Shown here: positions 1 to 8,676 of the stretch, piece by piece
Numbering within the stretch: the first letter of the stretch is position 1
How the letters are laid out: every line of letters starts with the position of its first letter
Assembly (NCBI GenBank): GCA_964553915.1
Contig: CAZKMM010000001.1
Location: 1 to 52,482 of the forward strand
Length of the DNA stretch: 52,482 nt
From: an uncultured bacterium
Lineage (GTDB): Bacteria; RBG-13-61-14; DRUE01
Reading direction: 5' to 3'
The notes under the pieces: model-generated
Told to the model about the DNA's origin: nothing
Seen by the model: only the letters and a program-made list of their open reading frames with translations
Database searches by the model: none
Position numbers and translations under genes: made by a program

Positions 1-2
1 AC

Positions 3-371
3 TGTGGATATGAATTCCAAACCAGCGGTCCTCACGAGTTTTATCGGGACCGTGAAGGAAAAATCAAACCCTATGGACATCCGGTGCCAATCAGCAAAGA
101 AGCAGAAGAAATTGGAGTCTGTGGCTTTTTAGGAGATGTTTACTGCCCCAACTGCGACCAGGTCTATAAGGATATAATTCTGGCAGAATTCACCCAGTCG
201 GTTAAAAATTCTTTAAAATTGTGGGCAGGGGATTGGGCTCCCAAAGACCCTAAACCTGCCTCCTGCCCCAGATGTGGAAATACTAACTTAATTCTAGAGC
301 CGGTTAAGGGAATGAAGTGCCCAAGATGTAAGAAAGGATATATTGAGGGATTTTTAGAATTGATAACTTGA
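3..371 (+). CDS. Zinc-ribbon protein, 5'-truncated by the window edge
   Basis: Frame 3 is open from base 3 (..CGYEFQTSGPHEFYRDREGK..) through the track's GTG at 84 to the TGA at 369-371. It has three CxxC pairs (CPNC, CPRC, CPRC) plus a leading ..CGYEF, suggesting tandem zinc ribbons. No family recognised. Confidence 0.45.
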   Translation, partial: CGYEFQTSGPHEFYRDREGKIKPYGHPVPISKEAEEIGVCGFLGDVYCPNCDQVYKDIILAEFTQSVKNSLKLWAGDWAPKDPKPASCPRCGNTNLILEPVKGMKCPRCKKGYIEGFLELIT

Positions 372-407
372 CCATTTCCCTAGCTATTTTTATTAACCTA
401 AAAGATT

Positions 408-436
408 TTGAGAAATTCTTCCTTATCTGCTAAATT
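408..436 (+). promoter_or_regulatory. Candidate sigma70-type promoter upstream of araB
   Basis: TTGAGA (408-413), 17-nt spacer, TAAATT (431-436). AGGAG Shine-Dalgarno at 451-455, 8 nt before the ATG at 464. Confidence 0.3.
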
Positions 437-463
437 TTTTCAAAACATTCAGGAGTAGCGAAA

Positions 464-2164
464 ATGAGGCAAGAAGTTTATGTTCTGGGTCTAGATTTCG
501 GCACTAATTCAGTTCGGGCGCTTCTGGTGGATTTAACCAGTGGAGAAGAAATTACCGATGCGGTGGCAAACTATCCCAGCGGGGAGCAGGGAGTAATTTT
601 AGATGAAAAGAATGACCTGGTTGCCCGCCAGCATCCCAATGACTGGCTGGTTTCTATGAGCCGGGCAGTAAAAAAAGCCCTTAGCCAGGCTAAAAAGCAG
701 AGAAAAAACTTTTCTGCAGAAAAAATTATCGGCATTGGGATAGACACCACTGGTTCTACTCCTCTCCCTCTGGATAAAAATCTTACTCCCCTGGCTTTTC
801 ATTCAGAATTTTCCGGGGAGCTTAATGCCCTAGCCTGGCTCTGGAAAGACCACTCCAGCTATGCGGAAGCAGAAGAAATTATGGAAAAAGCCAGGAAATA
901 TCGTCCGGAATATCTGGAAATGTATGGCGGGGTTTATTCTTCAGAGTGGTTCTGGTCTAAGATTCTCCACTGCAGAAGGGTGGCTCCCCGGGTGTTCAGG
1001 TCTGCCTACACCTGGGCAGAGGCTTCGGACTGGATTCCTGCCCTGCTCTGCGGGATAAAAGACCCGAACCAGATGAAAAGAAACATCTGCTCCGCAGGAC
1101 ATAAAGGAATGTTTAATCCTCGCTGGGGAGGATATCCAGATAAAAAATTCCTCTCCCGGCTTGACCCTGGGCTTGCTTCTTTAAGAGAACCGCTCCCGGA
1201 CCAGGCTTATCCCTCAGACCAGAAAGCTGGTGAACTTTCAAAAGAATGGGCAAAAAGACTCGGATTAAAAGCAGGAATCCCGGTTGCAGTCGGCGCCCTG
1301 GATGCTCACTTCGGCGCGGTAGGCTCTGGAATCAAACCCAAAAGGCTTGTGAAAATCATCGGCACCTCCACCTGCGATATGATGGTGGTTCCCAAACCAG
1401 CGAGCCTCAGGGGGATTCCGGGCATTGCTGGAGTGGTAGGAGATTCCATCCTTCCCGGTTATATCGGGATAGAAGCGGGACAGAGCGCAGTAGGAGATAT
1501 TTTTAACTGGTTTGTCAGCCAGCTTGCTCCTTTCAAAATGAATCACGACCAGCTCACAATGCAGGCAAAAAGATTGGCTCCGGGAGAAAGCGGTTTAATT
1601 GCCCTGGACTGGAATAACGGCAACCGCTGTATTTTAATGGATGCCCGGCTGAGCGGTCTATTGCTCGGTCAGACTCTTCTCACCAGCCCGGCAGAAATAT
1701 ACCGGGCTTTAATAGAAGCCACTGCTTTTGGAGCCCGGGTGATTATTGAACAGATGGAAAAATTCGGGCTGGAGGTGAAAGAAATTGTCTGCACCGGGGG
1801 AATCTCAGAAAAAAATGATTTACTGCTTCAAATTTATGCGGATGTTTTAGGAAGACCAATGAAGCTGGCAAAAAGCCCGCAGGCTTGTGCCCTGGGCGGA
1901 GCGATTTTCGCCAGTGTGGTAGCTGGTAAAAAAGCTGGGGGATTTTCCAGCCCGGAGCAAGCCCAGAAAAAACTCTGTGGACTAAAAGAAAATGTCTTTC
2001 GTCCTCGCCCAGCTCATCATTCGGTTTATCAGGAGCTTTATCAGATTTATCTGGCTTTGCATAATGCTTTTGGTGGAATTGAAAAAAAAGCAGACTTAGG
2101 CTGGGTAATGAAAAAACTTATGGAAATAAAAGAGCGAGCAGGTAAAATAAAATCAGGGAGATGA
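464..2164 (+). CDS. araB: Ribulokinase (FGGY carbohydrate kinase family)
   Basis: 566-aa ORF, the same length I recall for E. coli AraB. AraB-like motifs: LGLDFGTNSVRAL, GIDTTGSTP, YSSEWFWSKILH, CSAGHKGMF, KIIGTSTCDM, GIEAGQSAVGDIF, ATAFGARVI, ALGGAIFA. Confidence 0.85.
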   Translation: MRQEVYVLGLDFGTNSVRALLVDLTSGEEITDAVANYPSGEQGVILDEKNDLVARQHPNDWLVSMSRAVKKALSQAKKQRKNFSAEKIIGIGIDTTGSTPLPLDKNLTPLAFHSEFSGELNALAWLWKDHSSYAEAEEIMEKARKYRPEYLEMYGGVYSSEWFWSKILHCRRVAPRVFRSAYTWAEASDWIPALLCGIKDPNQMKRNICSAGHKGMFNPRWGGYPDKKFLSRLDPGLASLREPLPDQAYPSDQKAGELSKEWAKRLGLKAGIPVAVGALDAHFGAVGSGIKPKRLVKIIGTSTCDMMVVPKPASLRGIPGIAGVVGDSILPGYIGIEAGQSAVGDIFNWFVSQLAPFKMNHDQLTMQAKRLAPGESGLIALDWNNGNRCILMDARLSGLLLGQTLLTSPAEIYRALIEATAFGARVIIEQMEKFGLEVKEIVCTGGISEKNDLLLQIYADVLGRPMKLAKSPQACALGGAIFASVVAGKKAGGFSSPEQAQKKLCGLKENVFRPRPAHHSVYQELYQIYLALHNAFGGIEKKADLGWVMKKLMEIKERAGKIKSGR

Positions 2165-2436
2165 GACCCGGGGAAACCAGATTAGAAGATTATAAAATCA
2201 GCCAGCTCAAACAAAGAGTGGATGAGCTCTGCGAGAAAATTAAAGCGGGAATTTCCTTGGAAAAATTTTTTCAGCAAGAAAAACGGCTCAGGGGTTATTG
2301 TTATCGGCTTTTCCCGGAAAAAATCTCTCTTTATGATTTAATTTACCGTTCTCGCTTCAGGCGTATCTGGGAGCAGTTCCGAGCAGAAACCATAGAGTTT
2401 GAGGAGGAAGAGGTTGAAAAAACAGACAAATATTAA
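2161..2436 (+). CDS. Hypothetical small protein (91 aa)
   Basis: The ATG overlaps the araB stop (ATGA, 2161-2164). Glu/Arg/Lys-rich and probably helical. No family recognised; could be spurious. Confidence 0.4.
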   Translation: MRPGETRLEDYKISQLKQRVDELCEKIKAGISLEKFFQQEKRLRGYCYRLFPEKISLYDLIYRSRFRRIWEQFRAETIEFEEEEVEKTDKY

Positions 2437-3193
2437 AGACCTGGTAGAGCTGATGCAGAGACTTCGGGGAGAGGATGGATGCCCCTGGGATAAAAAGCAA
2501 ACCCCTCAAAGCCTTACTACCTATATCATTGAAGAAGCCTATGAACTGGTAGAAGCTATTGAACAGGGTGAGCCGGAAAAAATCTGTGAGGAGCTTGGGG
2601 ATTTGCTTTTTCAGATTATTTTTCAGGCGCAGATATTTTCTGAGCGAGGTCAATTTAATCTTGATGATGTTATTGAGCGGATTTATCAGAAGATGATTTA
2701 CCGCCATCCTCATGTTTTTGGTGATAAGCGGGTGGAAAAGCCCGAGGAAGTAAAAAAACAATGGGTGGAATTAAAACAAAAATCCCATCCCCAAAAATCT
2801 GTTTTAGGAGATGTTCCCCGTTCCCTTCCCGCTTTGCTCCGGGCAAGAAAAATTACCGATAATGCCAGCCAGGTGGGATTTGACTGGGAGAACACCGAGC
2901 AGGTGCTGGGAAAAGTGGAGGAAGAATGGCAGGAACTGACAAAAGCCTTTCAGAGTAAAGAGCAGAGCAGAATTGAACAGGAGTTTGGCGACCTGCTTTT
3001 TGCTCTGGTCAATCTGAGCCGGTTCGTGGGAGTAAATCCAGAGACCGCCTTAAAACAGGCAACCGAAAAGTTTGAAAAACGGTTTGCCTATATAGAGGAG
3101 CAAGCTCAAAAACAGGGCAAAAATCTAAAAGAAATGACCCTGAAAGAAATGGACGCCCTCTGGGAGGAAGCTAAAAACAAAGGGATTGCCTGA
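2414..3193 (+). CDS. mazG: Nucleoside triphosphate pyrophosphohydrolase MazG
   Basis: Tandem MazG domains: CPWDKKQT..IIEEAYELVEAIE..LGDLLFQIIF and EEEWQELT..EFGDLLFALVNL. I prefer TTG 2414 (GAGGAGG at 2401-2407, 6-nt spacing) over the track's in-frame TTG at 2399. The stop is fixed at 3193. Confidence 0.85.
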   Translation: MKKQTNIKDLVELMQRLRGEDGCPWDKKQTPQSLTTYIIEEAYELVEAIEQGEPEKICEELGDLLFQIIFQAQIFSERGQFNLDDVIERIYQKMIYRHPHVFGDKRVEKPEEVKKQWVELKQKSHPQKSVLGDVPRSLPALLRARKITDNASQVGFDWENTEQVLGKVEEEWQELTKAFQSKEQSRIEQEFGDLLFALVNLSRFVGVNPETALKQATEKFEKRFAYIEEQAQKQGKNLKEMTLKEMDALWEEAKNKGIA

Positions 3194-3210
3194 AATAAAC
3201 CCTTTAAAAT

Positions 3211-3241
3211 TTGACTTTATCTTTTGATATGTCAATATAAA
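3211..3241 (+). promoter_or_regulatory. Candidate sigma70-type promoter for yceD-rpmF-fab genes
   Basis: TTGACT (3211-3216) followed after 18-19 nt by ATATAA/TATAAA (3235-3241). The spacer is longer than optimal. Confidence 0.25.
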
Positions 3242-3269
3242 AATAAACCTCCCGAAAAGGAGCCTTCCA

Positions 3270-3815
3270 ATGTCCTTAATCGTCAATATAGAAAATCTAC
3301 CAGAAGAAGGTTTAGAGATTGAAGAAGAGTTTGAACGGAGCTGGCTTACCAATATCCCGGAATACACCGAAGTAAATGAGCAGGGATATGTTAAAGATAA
3401 AATTTTTATTTCTGGAAAACTCTCCCGGGAAGGAAATAACCTTCATCTGCGGGGAAAAGTAAAGCTCACCATTCATACCCTCTGCTCTCGCTGTGGAGAT
3501 GAGTTAGATTATTTAATTGATTCTGATTTTGAGCTGGTTTTAATGCCCGGTCCGGAAAGAATCTCCGAACTGGAAAAAGAACTCACCCCAGAAGACCTGG
3601 ACCATATTTATTATACCGGACCCGAGCTAGACCTTACCGGATATTTTAAGGAACAAATTGCTCTGGAAATTCCCATTCAGTTCCTGTGCAAACCAGACTG
3701 TAAGGGATTATGTCCGGGATGCGGAGCAAATCTTAATTATGAAAATTGCCGATGCCAGCAACAAGAAGGCGACCCCAGACTGACAATCCTTCGCCAGTTG
3801 AAAATTAACAAATAA
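3270..3815 (+). CDS. yceD: DUF177 / YceD-family protein (23S rRNA accumulation protein)
   Basis: Acidic 181-aa protein with Cys pairs (CSRCGDE; CKGLCPGCG..CRC). It lies immediately upstream of rpmF, the conserved yceD-rpmF arrangement. Confidence 0.7.
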   Translation: MSLIVNIENLPEEGLEIEEEFERSWLTNIPEYTEVNEQGYVKDKIFISGKLSREGNNLHLRGKVKLTIHTLCSRCGDELDYLIDSDFELVLMPGPERISELEKELTPEDLDHIYYTGPELDLTGYFKEQIALEIPIQFLCKPDCKGLCPGCGANLNYENCRCQQQEGDPRLTILRQLKINK

Positions 3816-3854
3816 TTCTTTAAACTTAACCAAAAATTTTCAGGAGCAGGGAAA

Positions 3855-4037
3855 ATGCCGGTTCCAAAAAGAAAAACCAGTAAATCCAGAAGAAATAAGC
3901 GCAGAGCCCATCATCACCTGGAAATCCCCAGCTTCAGCGTATGTCCGAACTGCGGGGAAAGAATTCTTCCTCACCGGATGTGTCCTTATTGCGGACATTA
4001 TAAGGGCAAACAAATTAAAGAGGTTGAAGAGGTTTGA
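3855..4037 (+). CDS. rpmF: 50S ribosomal protein L32
   Basis: MPVPKRKTSKSRRNKRRAHH N-terminus plus CPNCGE..CPYCGHY zinc ribbon. 60 aa. GGAG-type SD upstream. Confidence 0.95.
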   Translation: MPVPKRKTSKSRRNKRRAHHHLEIPSFSVCPNCGERILPHRMCPYCGHYKGKQIKEVEEV

Positions 4038-4074
4038 TTCAACGAATAGTTAGGTTCTGCCTGAAGGAAAAAAG

Positions 4075-5004
4075 ATGGGCTGGATAGCTCTTTTCCCCGG
4101 TCAGGGCTCCCAGCACCCCGGAATGGGAAAATCCTGGTATGAGGATTTTCCCCTGGTTCGGGAGTTATTTGAGCTGGCAAGTGATACCCTGAAAATAGAT
4201 TTTAAAAAGCTCTGCTTTGACGCTTCTGAAAGCGAGCTCACCCGCACCGAGAATGCCCAGCCTTCTCTTTTCCTGGTCTCTTATGTGGGCTATAAAATTC
4301 TGGAAACCGAGCTGGGATTTTCACCCCTGGCAGGAGCCGGACACAGCCTGGGAGAATACACCGCTTTGGTTTCTGCTCAGGCACTGGAATTTACTGATGG
4401 CATAAAACTTACCCGCAGGCGGGGAGAGTTGATGGCAAAAGCCTGTGCGGCTCAATCCGGCGGAATGCTGGCGGTTCTGGGCTTGAGCCCGGAGGAGGTG
4501 AAGGAGCTGTGTCAGGAAGCCTCGGAGAGCAAGATTTTAGTCCCGGCTAATTTCAATGCTCCCGGGCAGATTGTTATTTCTGGAGAGTTGGAAGCTATTG
4601 AGCGAGCCCGGGAAATTTTGAAAGAAAGAAAAAAACGGGCAATCCCTTTAAAAGTCAGCGGGGCATTCCATTCTCTTTTAATGGAATCTGCAAAAAAAGG
4701 GCTGGAAGAAGTGCTGGCAGAAGTAAAATTTGCTAACCCTAAATTCCCGGTGATTTCCAATCTAGAAGCCAAGCCTTATCCCTCAGGAGATTCTGCTCCT
4801 CATCTGCTCGCCAGTCAAATTATCTCTCCGGTTCGCTGGGAAGAATCCCTTTATTATTTAAAAGCAATGAAACCCGAGGGGTTTATTGAAATAGGTCCGG
4901 GAAAGGTTCTGGCAGGGCTGGTAAAAAGAACCCTTCCAGAAATGAGCATTTTGAATTTTTCTGAACCCAAGGACTTAAAAGAACTGGAAAAAATCCTCCA
5001 ATGA
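4075..5004 (+). CDS. fabD: Malonyl-CoA:ACP transacylase
   Basis: FPGQGSQ and GHSLGEY (active-site Ser) motifs. 309 aa. Located in a fab cluster. Confidence 0.9.
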   Translation: MGWIALFPGQGSQHPGMGKSWYEDFPLVRELFELASDTLKIDFKKLCFDASESELTRTENAQPSLFLVSYVGYKILETELGFSPLAGAGHSLGEYTALVSAQALEFTDGIKLTRRRGELMAKACAAQSGGMLAVLGLSPEEVKELCQEASESKILVPANFNAPGQIVISGELEAIERAREILKERKKRAIPLKVSGAFHSLLMESAKKGLEEVLAEVKFANPKFPVISNLEAKPYPSGDSAPHLLASQIISPVRWEESLYYLKAMKPEGFIEIGPGKVLAGLVKRTLPEMSILNFSEPKDLKELEKILQ

Positions 5005-5759
5005 TTCAAGGAAAGCCCCTTTCTGGTCAAAAAGCCCTCATCACGGGAGCAAGCAGGGGGATTGGTCGAGCAATTACGCTCAAACTGGCAGAGCTGGGAG
5101 CCCTGGTGGTGATAAATTATTCTCAGGATGATGTCGGGGCAGAAAACACCCTGAAGCTGATTAAAGAAATCGGGGCAGAGGCACGGATAGAAAAATTTTC
5201 TGTCGCAAACTATCAAGAGGTAAAAGAGCATTTAAAAAAACTGGAAAAGGAGCTGGGAGGAATTGATATTCTGGTGAACAATGCTGGCATCACCCGGGAC
5301 CAGATTCTTCCCAGAATGAGCCCGGAGCAGTGGCAGGAGGTGATTTCTGTGAATCTTACCGGAGCATTTAATTGCTCCCGGTTCGTCAGTCGGCAGATGG
5401 TAAAAAAACATTATGGAAGAATTATCAATCTCAGTTCCGTGGTAGCACATCTGGGCAGGGTGGGGCAGGCAAATTATTCTGCAAGTAAAGCCGGACTGGA
5501 GGGATTAACCAGAAGCCTGGCACTGGAGCTGGCTCCTTATGGCATCACGGTTAATGCGGTGGCTCCGGGATTGATTGAAACAGATATGACCCAAAGCCTT
5601 CCTCAAAAACAGCTTGATGAAATTATCTCCCGAATTCCGGTAAAAAGAACTGGCAAGCCCGAAGAGGTTGCAGAGCTGGTGGCTTTTCTGGCTCTTCCTT
5701 CCAGCTCTTATATCACCGGACAGGTCATCCATATAAATGGCGGATTGTTTTTGGGATAA
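5001..5759 (+). CDS. fabG: 3-oxoacyl-ACP reductase (SDR family)
   Basis: [11 protein letters not shown] Rossmann motif, NNAG, YSASKAG catalytic Tyr/Lys. The ATG overlaps the fabD stop (ATGA). Confidence 0.9.
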   Translation: MIQGKPLSGQKALITGASRGIGRAITLKLAELGALVVINYSQDDVGAENTLKLIKEIGAEARIEKFSVANYQEVKEHLKKLEKELGGIDILVNNAGITRDQILPRMSPEQWQEVISVNLTGAFNCSRFVSRQMVKKHYGRIINLSSVVAHLGRVGQANYSASKAGLEGLTRSLALELAPYGITVNAVAPGLIETDMTQSLPQKQLDEIISRIPVKRTGKPEEVAELVAFLALPSSSYITGQVIHINGGLFLG

Positions 5760-5801
5760 GTTTTTGTTAAAATTTATAAAAATTTTAAGGAGCTAAAAAA
5801 G

Positions 5802-6050
5802 ATGCTGGTTAAAGATAAGGTAATCCAGTTAATTATTGAACATCTTGACCTGGAGCCAGAAAAAGTGGTGCCCGAAGCTCATTTTATTGATGACCTGGGA
5901 ATCAGCTCTATGGACCTCTGGGAACTGGTCTTGATTATGGAAGATGAATTTGACCTGGAAGTGCCAGATGAAGACCTGGAAAAAATCCAGACCATTAAAA
6001 ACGCGATTGAATACATAGAAGCCCGGGTCGGCAAGGAAATTCCTGATTAG
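5802..6050 (+). CDS. acpP: Acyl carrier protein
   Basis: 82-aa acidic protein. Its phosphopantetheine-site region DDLGISSMDLWELV is a variant of the usual DSLD. It follows fabG. Confidence 0.8.
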   Translation: MLVKDKVIQLIIEHLDLEPEKVVPEAHFIDDLGISSMDLWELVLIMEDEFDLEVPDEDLEKIQTIKNAIEYIEARVGKEIPD

Positions 6051-6083
6051 CCATCCTCTTTCCCTTTAAAATAATCTAAATAT

Positions 6084-6112
6084 TTGCGATACCCCCCAGC
6101 CTGAGTTATGAT
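6084..6112 (+). promoter_or_regulatory. Candidate sigma70-type promoter placing the transcription start at or next to the cyclase ATG (leaderless)
   Basis: TTGCGA (6084-6089), 17-nt spacer, TATGAT (6107-6112), then AAAAAA and the ATG at 6119. No Shine-Dalgarno sequence. Confidence 0.4.
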
Positions 6113-6118
6113 AAAAAA

Positions 6119-8665
6119 ATGAAATCCAGTCCCGGGCTAAAAAAGCTCCTCCGGATAAATTCCTTTCGGGTAGGTTTAATTCTCACCCTGATTATGACCT
6201 ATATCACCTTTCGCCAGCCCGGATTTATGGAGCAAATAGAAGCCAAAGCTTATGACCTTCGCTTTCGGGCAAGAGGCGAGCAGAAGGGAACCGATAAAAT
6301 CGTAGTGGTTGCCATTGATGAACATAGTATAGAAAAACTGGGGCGATGGCCCTGGCCAAGAATTTACTGGGCGCAATTTTTAAAAAACCTTGCCAGCTAC
6401 AATCCCCGGGTAATTACAATGGATGTAATCTTCTCTGAGCCAGACCAGAATCTTAACCTTCAGATTTTAAAAGAGCTTAAAAAGATTTACCAGAGTCAAA
6501 ATTTAAAATCCATAAAAGAAAAAATAAACTCCGCATTAAAATTTATTGAAGATGAGCAGAATCTTCTGGATACAAAAATCTCTCAGCTTAAAAAACGCCT
6601 GAAAAAATCTCCTGCTGGACAGGGGAAAAAATATCTTCAAAGCCAGCTCCAGGGTCTTAAAAACCAGAAAGCTGAACTTGATAAGCTTAAAACCGAGCTT
6701 GAAAACCTTTTCAGCGAGGAGCAAGACCAGTTCCTTAAAACTATCTCCTTAATGGAAAAACAGGCAAACACAGACCAGATTTTTGCTCAAGCCCTGGATG
6801 AGGTGGACAATGAGGTTCTGGGCTGGTTCTTTTTCCGCTATCCCCGGGAAGCCCAACTGCTCACTCCAGAAGAAAATCTCCGGAGACTGGAACTGGTTAA
6901 ACCCTTTTCTATAAAAGTTATTAAATATCTTTTCGGAGCAACTCCGGAAATGCTTTCCCGGGTGGTCCATCCGATTTACGGCTTTCAGGTAAACCTGCCG
7001 ATTTTTTCCGAGCGGACCAGTGGAGCTGGATTTTTTACTGCGGTCTCGGATCCGGATGGAATCTACCGTCATTCTCTTTTGGTTGCCGGTTATCCTCCTC
7101 CGAAAAATTTTAACTCCGGAGATGACTACTATCTTTTCCCCAGCCTTTCTCTGGAGACACTTCGTTTATACTTAAATCAGGAGCCGGTAGTGGTGGTGAA
7201 TAAAATCAACCCCACCCAGGGAATGATTGAAAAAATCCAGCTTGGAAAATATAACATTCCTGTAGATGAATTCGGAAGGATGCTGATCAACTATCAGGGC
7301 GGATATGGATATTTCCCCACTTACAGCTTTTATGAAATTTATTCTGACTTTGCGGAAAAAAGAAAAAAAGGATTTAATCCCGAGCAGGTCTTTAAAGATA
7401 AAATTGTCCTGGTCGGAGCTACCGCCATTGCCATTTATGACGTCCGCACCACTCCCTTTGGCTCTATGCCCGGAGTTTATATGCACGCAAATGTTATTGA
7501 TAATGTGCTTCAGCAAAGAGCCCTGTTCCGACCAAGCTGGATGCGAGCTTTTGACCTGATGGTGGTTTTAGCTCTGGGAATTATCATCAGCCTGCTTTAT
7601 CCCCGGCTCCGTCCGATTTTTAGTGCCGGATTGGTGGCAATTCTGGTCGCCGGTTATCTCTGGTTTAATTTTTATATGTTTGACCAGCTACATTATTCTT
7701 TAACCCTGAGCTATCAGATTTTAAGTATTTTCTTCATTTATCTGGGAATTACCCTTTATCATTACACGATGGAGGAACGAGAAAAGCGGTTTATCCGCAG
7801 TGCCTTCAGTTATTATCTATCTCAGGAGGTAATTGACCAGCTTTTAGCTCATCCGGAAAAGCTCAAACTGGGAGGAGAACGAAAATATATGACGATATTT
7901 TTCTCTGACCTCCAGGGCTTTACTTCTATCAGCGAAAAGATGGAACCAGAAGAACTGGTCAGCCTGTTAAATCACTATTTGACCGAAATGAGCGAGATTA
8001 TCCTTAAAAATCGGGGAACCATAGACAAATTTGAAGGCGATGCCATTATGGCTTTTTTTGGCGCTCCTCTGGACTATCCGGACCATTCCCAGAGCGCCTG
8101 CTTAACCGCTCTGGAAATGCAAACCCGCCTCCAAGAACTTAATCAACAATGGAGGAAGCAGGGTCTTCCTCAACTCACGGTCCGAATCGGTCTTAACACT
8201 GGCTATGCCCTGGTAGGAAATATGGGCAGTGAAAAAAGAATGGATTATACCGTAATCGGAGATGAGGTTAATCTTGCCAGCCGGCTGGAAGGAGCTAACA
8301 AAATTTATGGCACAAAAATAATGCTCAGCGAGTCCACCTATCAAAAGGCAAAAGAGGTTATAGAAGCCAGGGAACTTGATTTAATTCAGGTGGTGGGAAA
8401 GGAAAAACCGGTTCGGGTTTATGAGCTCTGGGCAAAAAAGGGAGAATTGACTCCCGAGCAAATCCGGTTAAGAGATACCTTTCATCAGGCTCTGGAACTT
8501 TACCGGAAGAGAGATTTCATTCAGGCAAAAGAAAAGTTTGAGCAGTGCTTAAAAATTGAGCCAGAAGACCATCCCAGCAAGGTCTTTATTGAAAGATGCC
8601 AGCAATACCTCATCTCTCCTCTTCCAATGGATTGGGATGGGGTTTACCGGCTAACCCGAAAATAA
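6119..8665 (+). CDS. CHASE2-sensor class III adenylate/guanylate cyclase
   Basis: Contains an N-terminal TM helix and a large extracytoplasmic CHASE2-like region with a coiled-coil insert. Three TM helices follow (about residues 470-545). The class III cyclase domain shows MTIFFSDLQGFTS, KFEGDAIMAFFGAP, RIGLNTGYALVGNMG and DYTVIGDEVNLASRLEG. The C-terminal tail is TPR-like. Confidence 0.85.
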   Translation: MKSSPGLKKLLRINSFRVGLILTLIMTYITFRQPGFMEQIEAKAYDLRFRARGEQKGTDKIVVVAIDEHSIEKLGRWPWPRIYWAQFLKNLASYNPRVITMDVIFSEPDQNLNLQILKELKKIYQSQNLKSIKEKINSALKFIEDEQNLLDTKISQLKKRLKKSPAGQGKKYLQSQLQGLKNQKAELDKLKTELENLFSEEQDQFLKTISLMEKQANTDQIFAQALDEVDNEVLGWFFFRYPREAQLLTPEENLRRLELVKPFSIKVIKYLFGATPEMLSRVVHPIYGFQVNLPIFSERTSGAGFFTAVSDPDGIYRHSLLVAGYPPPKNFNSGDDYYLFPSLSLETLRLYLNQEPVVVVNKINPTQGMIEKIQLGKYNIPVDEFGRMLINYQGGYGYFPTYSFYEIYSDFAEKRKKGFNPEQVFKDKIVLVGATAIAIYDVRTTPFGSMPGVYMHANVIDNVLQQRALFRPSWMRAFDLMVVLALGIIISLLYPRLRPIFSAGLVAILVAGYLWFNFYMFDQLHYSLTLSYQILSIFFIYLGITLYHYTMEEREKRFIRSAFSYYLSQEVIDQLLAHPEKLKLGGERKYMTIFFSDLQGFTSISEKMEPEELVSLLNHYLTEMSEIILKNRGTIDKFEGDAIMAFFGAPLDYPDHSQSACLTALEMQTRLQELNQQWRKQGLPQLTVRIGLNTGYALVGNMGSEKRMDYTVIGDEVNLASRLEGANKIYGTKIMLSESTYQKAKEVIEARELDLIQVVGKEKPVRVYELWAKKGELTPEQIRLRDTFHQALELYRKRDFIQAKEKFEQCLKIEPEDHPSKVFIERCQQYLISPLPMDWDGVYRLTRK

Positions 8666-8676
8666 GAGGCAAAAAA

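Noticed and set aside
2414-3193. MazG as part of a mazEF toxin-antitoxin or anti-phage locus.
   Set aside because: No mazE/mazF or other small paired toxin-antitoxin ORFs flank it. The context is housekeeping (araB, yceD-rpmF).
8596-8676. The track's longer N-terminal extension of the cNMP-binding protein (start at 8596).
   Set aside because: It would overlap the cyclase gene by 70 nt in another frame. ATG 8677 lies 11 nt after the cyclase stop and has a GAGG ribosome-binding site.
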